Below are positions 63,601 to 64,000 of a stretch of 64,000 nucleotides of DNA, piece after piece (the first letter of the stretch is position 1; the number at the start of each line of letters is the position of its first letter). Source of the stretch: Anaerovibrio sp. (lineage in GTDB: Bacteria; Bacillota; Negativicutes; Selenomonadales; Selenomonadaceae); the NCBI RefSeq assembly GCF_045637405.1, contig NZ_JAZTZI010000124.1, forward strand, positions 1,644-65,643, given 5' to 3'. A program made the position numbers and the translations under genes. The notes below the pieces were generated by a model. It worked only from the letters and a program-made list of their open reading frames with translations, was not told the origin of the DNA and made no database searches.

Positions 63601-64000
63601 GTTTGGTAAAGGATGTTATAACAGGAGGCTATAAGGCTAGTGACTGGGTAATCAAGTCCGGTAGTGCCAATGCTGATACCAGCCATTCTTCCGTATATAC
63701 CTACGACAATTCCACCATGTGGTCTCCGCAGCATGGCTATTACACCAGTGATGATGCCCGCATGATTATCACACCAAAAACATTAAAGGTTTCTGTAACT
63801 GGCGGAAAAACCTATGGTAATAATGCAGTTAAAGGTGCTGAGTTTGCTGATAATTACGTGGCTGATAGCGGTAAATATGCTATGAAAATTACAACAGATT
63901 TTGCCAAGGGTGATACTCTTGAAAACCTGTATAATGTTGATGCCACTGACGTTAACTATAATTCTGACAGCAATAGTCTTGATGCCGGTACATATACAAC
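60606..64000 (+). CDS. FHA-like TpsA exoprotein (TPS secretion domain, GLUG-type repeats, YDGT/MBG-like modules); 3' end outside the window
   Basis: It is absent from the ORF track because the frame has no stop before base 64000. My translation from the ATG at 60606 is MTNRNLLSKKIILGLATATLCYG...LPTGGSISHGTATIS...AIIDWNSFNVGRDATVNF...FLLVNPNGTMF (TPS domain). From about 62100 there are repeated NVGGI(V/A)G units, and at about 63420 ...TPLLNHFMRWININRQYEYDGT. Confidence 0.85.
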   Translation, partial: MTNRNLLSKKIILGLATATLCYGPFGVGYAEVADNALPTGGSISHGTATISTNEENNTMNVLQSTDKAIIDWNSFNVGRDATVNFIQTLNGKPNVAAMTLNRVNAAGGMSEIAGHINSIGSFLLVNPNGTMFYDGSEVNAAGVIVSTAEIDEGKFLNGQLSFAQNNTTNANITVNGTINASTNGAYMEGLLGMVKNDIENSPLNTEGIELATGFSFANNTIKLVADGDINVGEKGSLQAVTSTTISGDKTVGSEAFSVEGDSSTRTGSITLRADQNADDINSDGVAAKVYLNNADASQIASHSVGIYYNPDLVEHEVDGETKTINGAKVADLKDSAGNQAVVLADDSVTYTQKDYTKYDSEASAYKSKVAQSFNEFSRTEDKTIKTSSRGIISQSYNMLVNNLYQMEAIQYSDKANMSGSYAQGRTFNAADTANWNAGKGFKSIGTVDNPFKGSFTGSGGSNGYSILDLTINRSTEDNIGLFGVANGASFWSMNLVDSNIIGKNNVGGIAGQATDHSKFSSISVRKSIPANNVISETNNITGNDNVGGIVGEISNGGTIRFSSNNAQIGGVDKVGGLVGSLSGEAAGGSDEGSNNNIYKSSNSGVIQSSGTSAGGLAGYINSTLNTKDNKFATGENITTDPTENLTAVAITDSYSNGKVSGTTDVGGIVGTLENGTIQYTYNTNENAALSSSSVVSEASVGAGTSVYGKVNGNTNVGGIVGNMTGGIIDQSYNAGNIEGSTNVGGVVGSMFGGSITKAYNADNNTVLKTSTNDAEYYGFKVIDGEHAGSYTYNHDKQVWMKGSEELTSEQLNAIPETQRVYNNRLAYRDATVTGTENVGGIVGIMSNGSMEQVYNAGQVKSNEGASNVGAFVGKYEAGTINDSFYVTTENDGTTNITNQAKAVGNDVAIEGITAKILYQAQNINDTTWTGGKNTGNGWTIYNNSSTPLLNHFMRWININRQYEYDGTVHNLMTTDVANYYGGAFFDNGDGKNVYSKNYGLVKDVITGGYKASDWVIKSGSANADTSHSSVYTYDNSTMWSPQHGYYTSDDARMIITPKTLKVSVTGGKTYGNNAVKGAEFADNYVADSGKYAMKITTDFAKGDTLENLYNVDATDVNYNSDSNSLDAGTYT

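Noticed and set aside
61160-63734. Minus-strand ORFs 61160..61468, 61994..62395 and 63450..63734.
   Set aside because: These are shadows of the repeat-rich TpsA gene, whose plus-strand frame from 60606 is open to the window end.
1-64000. Scan for CRISPR arrays, rRNA or tRNA genes, IS elements or transposases, prophage blocks, reverse transcriptases and toxin-antitoxin pairs.
   Set aside because: I found none by eye. The only direct repeats are the two 53-bp copies at 36416/36499 and the 12-nt riboswitch repeat, and the only recombinase is the lone tyrosine recombinase at 13096..14112.

Overview
This is a 64-kb chromosomal segment with about 50 protein genes. I saw no rRNA, tRNA, CRISPR array or IS element. 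Most of it is Firmicute-style housekeeping: polA-mutM-coaE-slt, priA, dapF, yicC-remA-gmk-rpoZ-coaBC, murI, murB, fba and apt. The window ends in a two-partner secretion locus (ShlB/FhaC-type TpsB plus an FHA-like TpsA that runs off the 3' edge). That implies an outer membrane, so the source is probably a diderm Firmicute (Negativicutes); this is inference only. I found no single obvious multi-gene novel system. The items worth a second look are: (1) a 5'-truncated Fic protein with a non-canonical active-site loop; (2) a single-aptamer glycine riboswitch whose expression platform contains a 12-nt exact repeat, upstream of a Na+/alanine-glycine symporter; (3) a histidine kinase/response regulator pair divergent from a PepSY-like protein, both carrying His/Met/Gly-rich tracts; (4) a monocistronic UvrD-type helicase with an embedded DEDDh exonuclease; (5) a Cre-like tyrosine recombinase co-transcribed with an unknown membrane-anchored protein; (6) an unclassified structured leader plus terminator upstream of a split ChrA pair; (7) an Abi_2 abortive-infection gene appended to the polA-mutM-coaE-slt cluster; (8) an unannotated 41-codon hydrophobic ORF with its own promoter, RBS and terminator, divergent from mgtC; (9) a DUF4127-SGNH fusion gene interrupted by one in-frame TGA; (10) a duplicated 53-bp palindrome-containing element upstream of apt; (11) a two-headed DynA-like dynamin. 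Start codons were refined by eye from RBS spacing and are less certain than stop positions.
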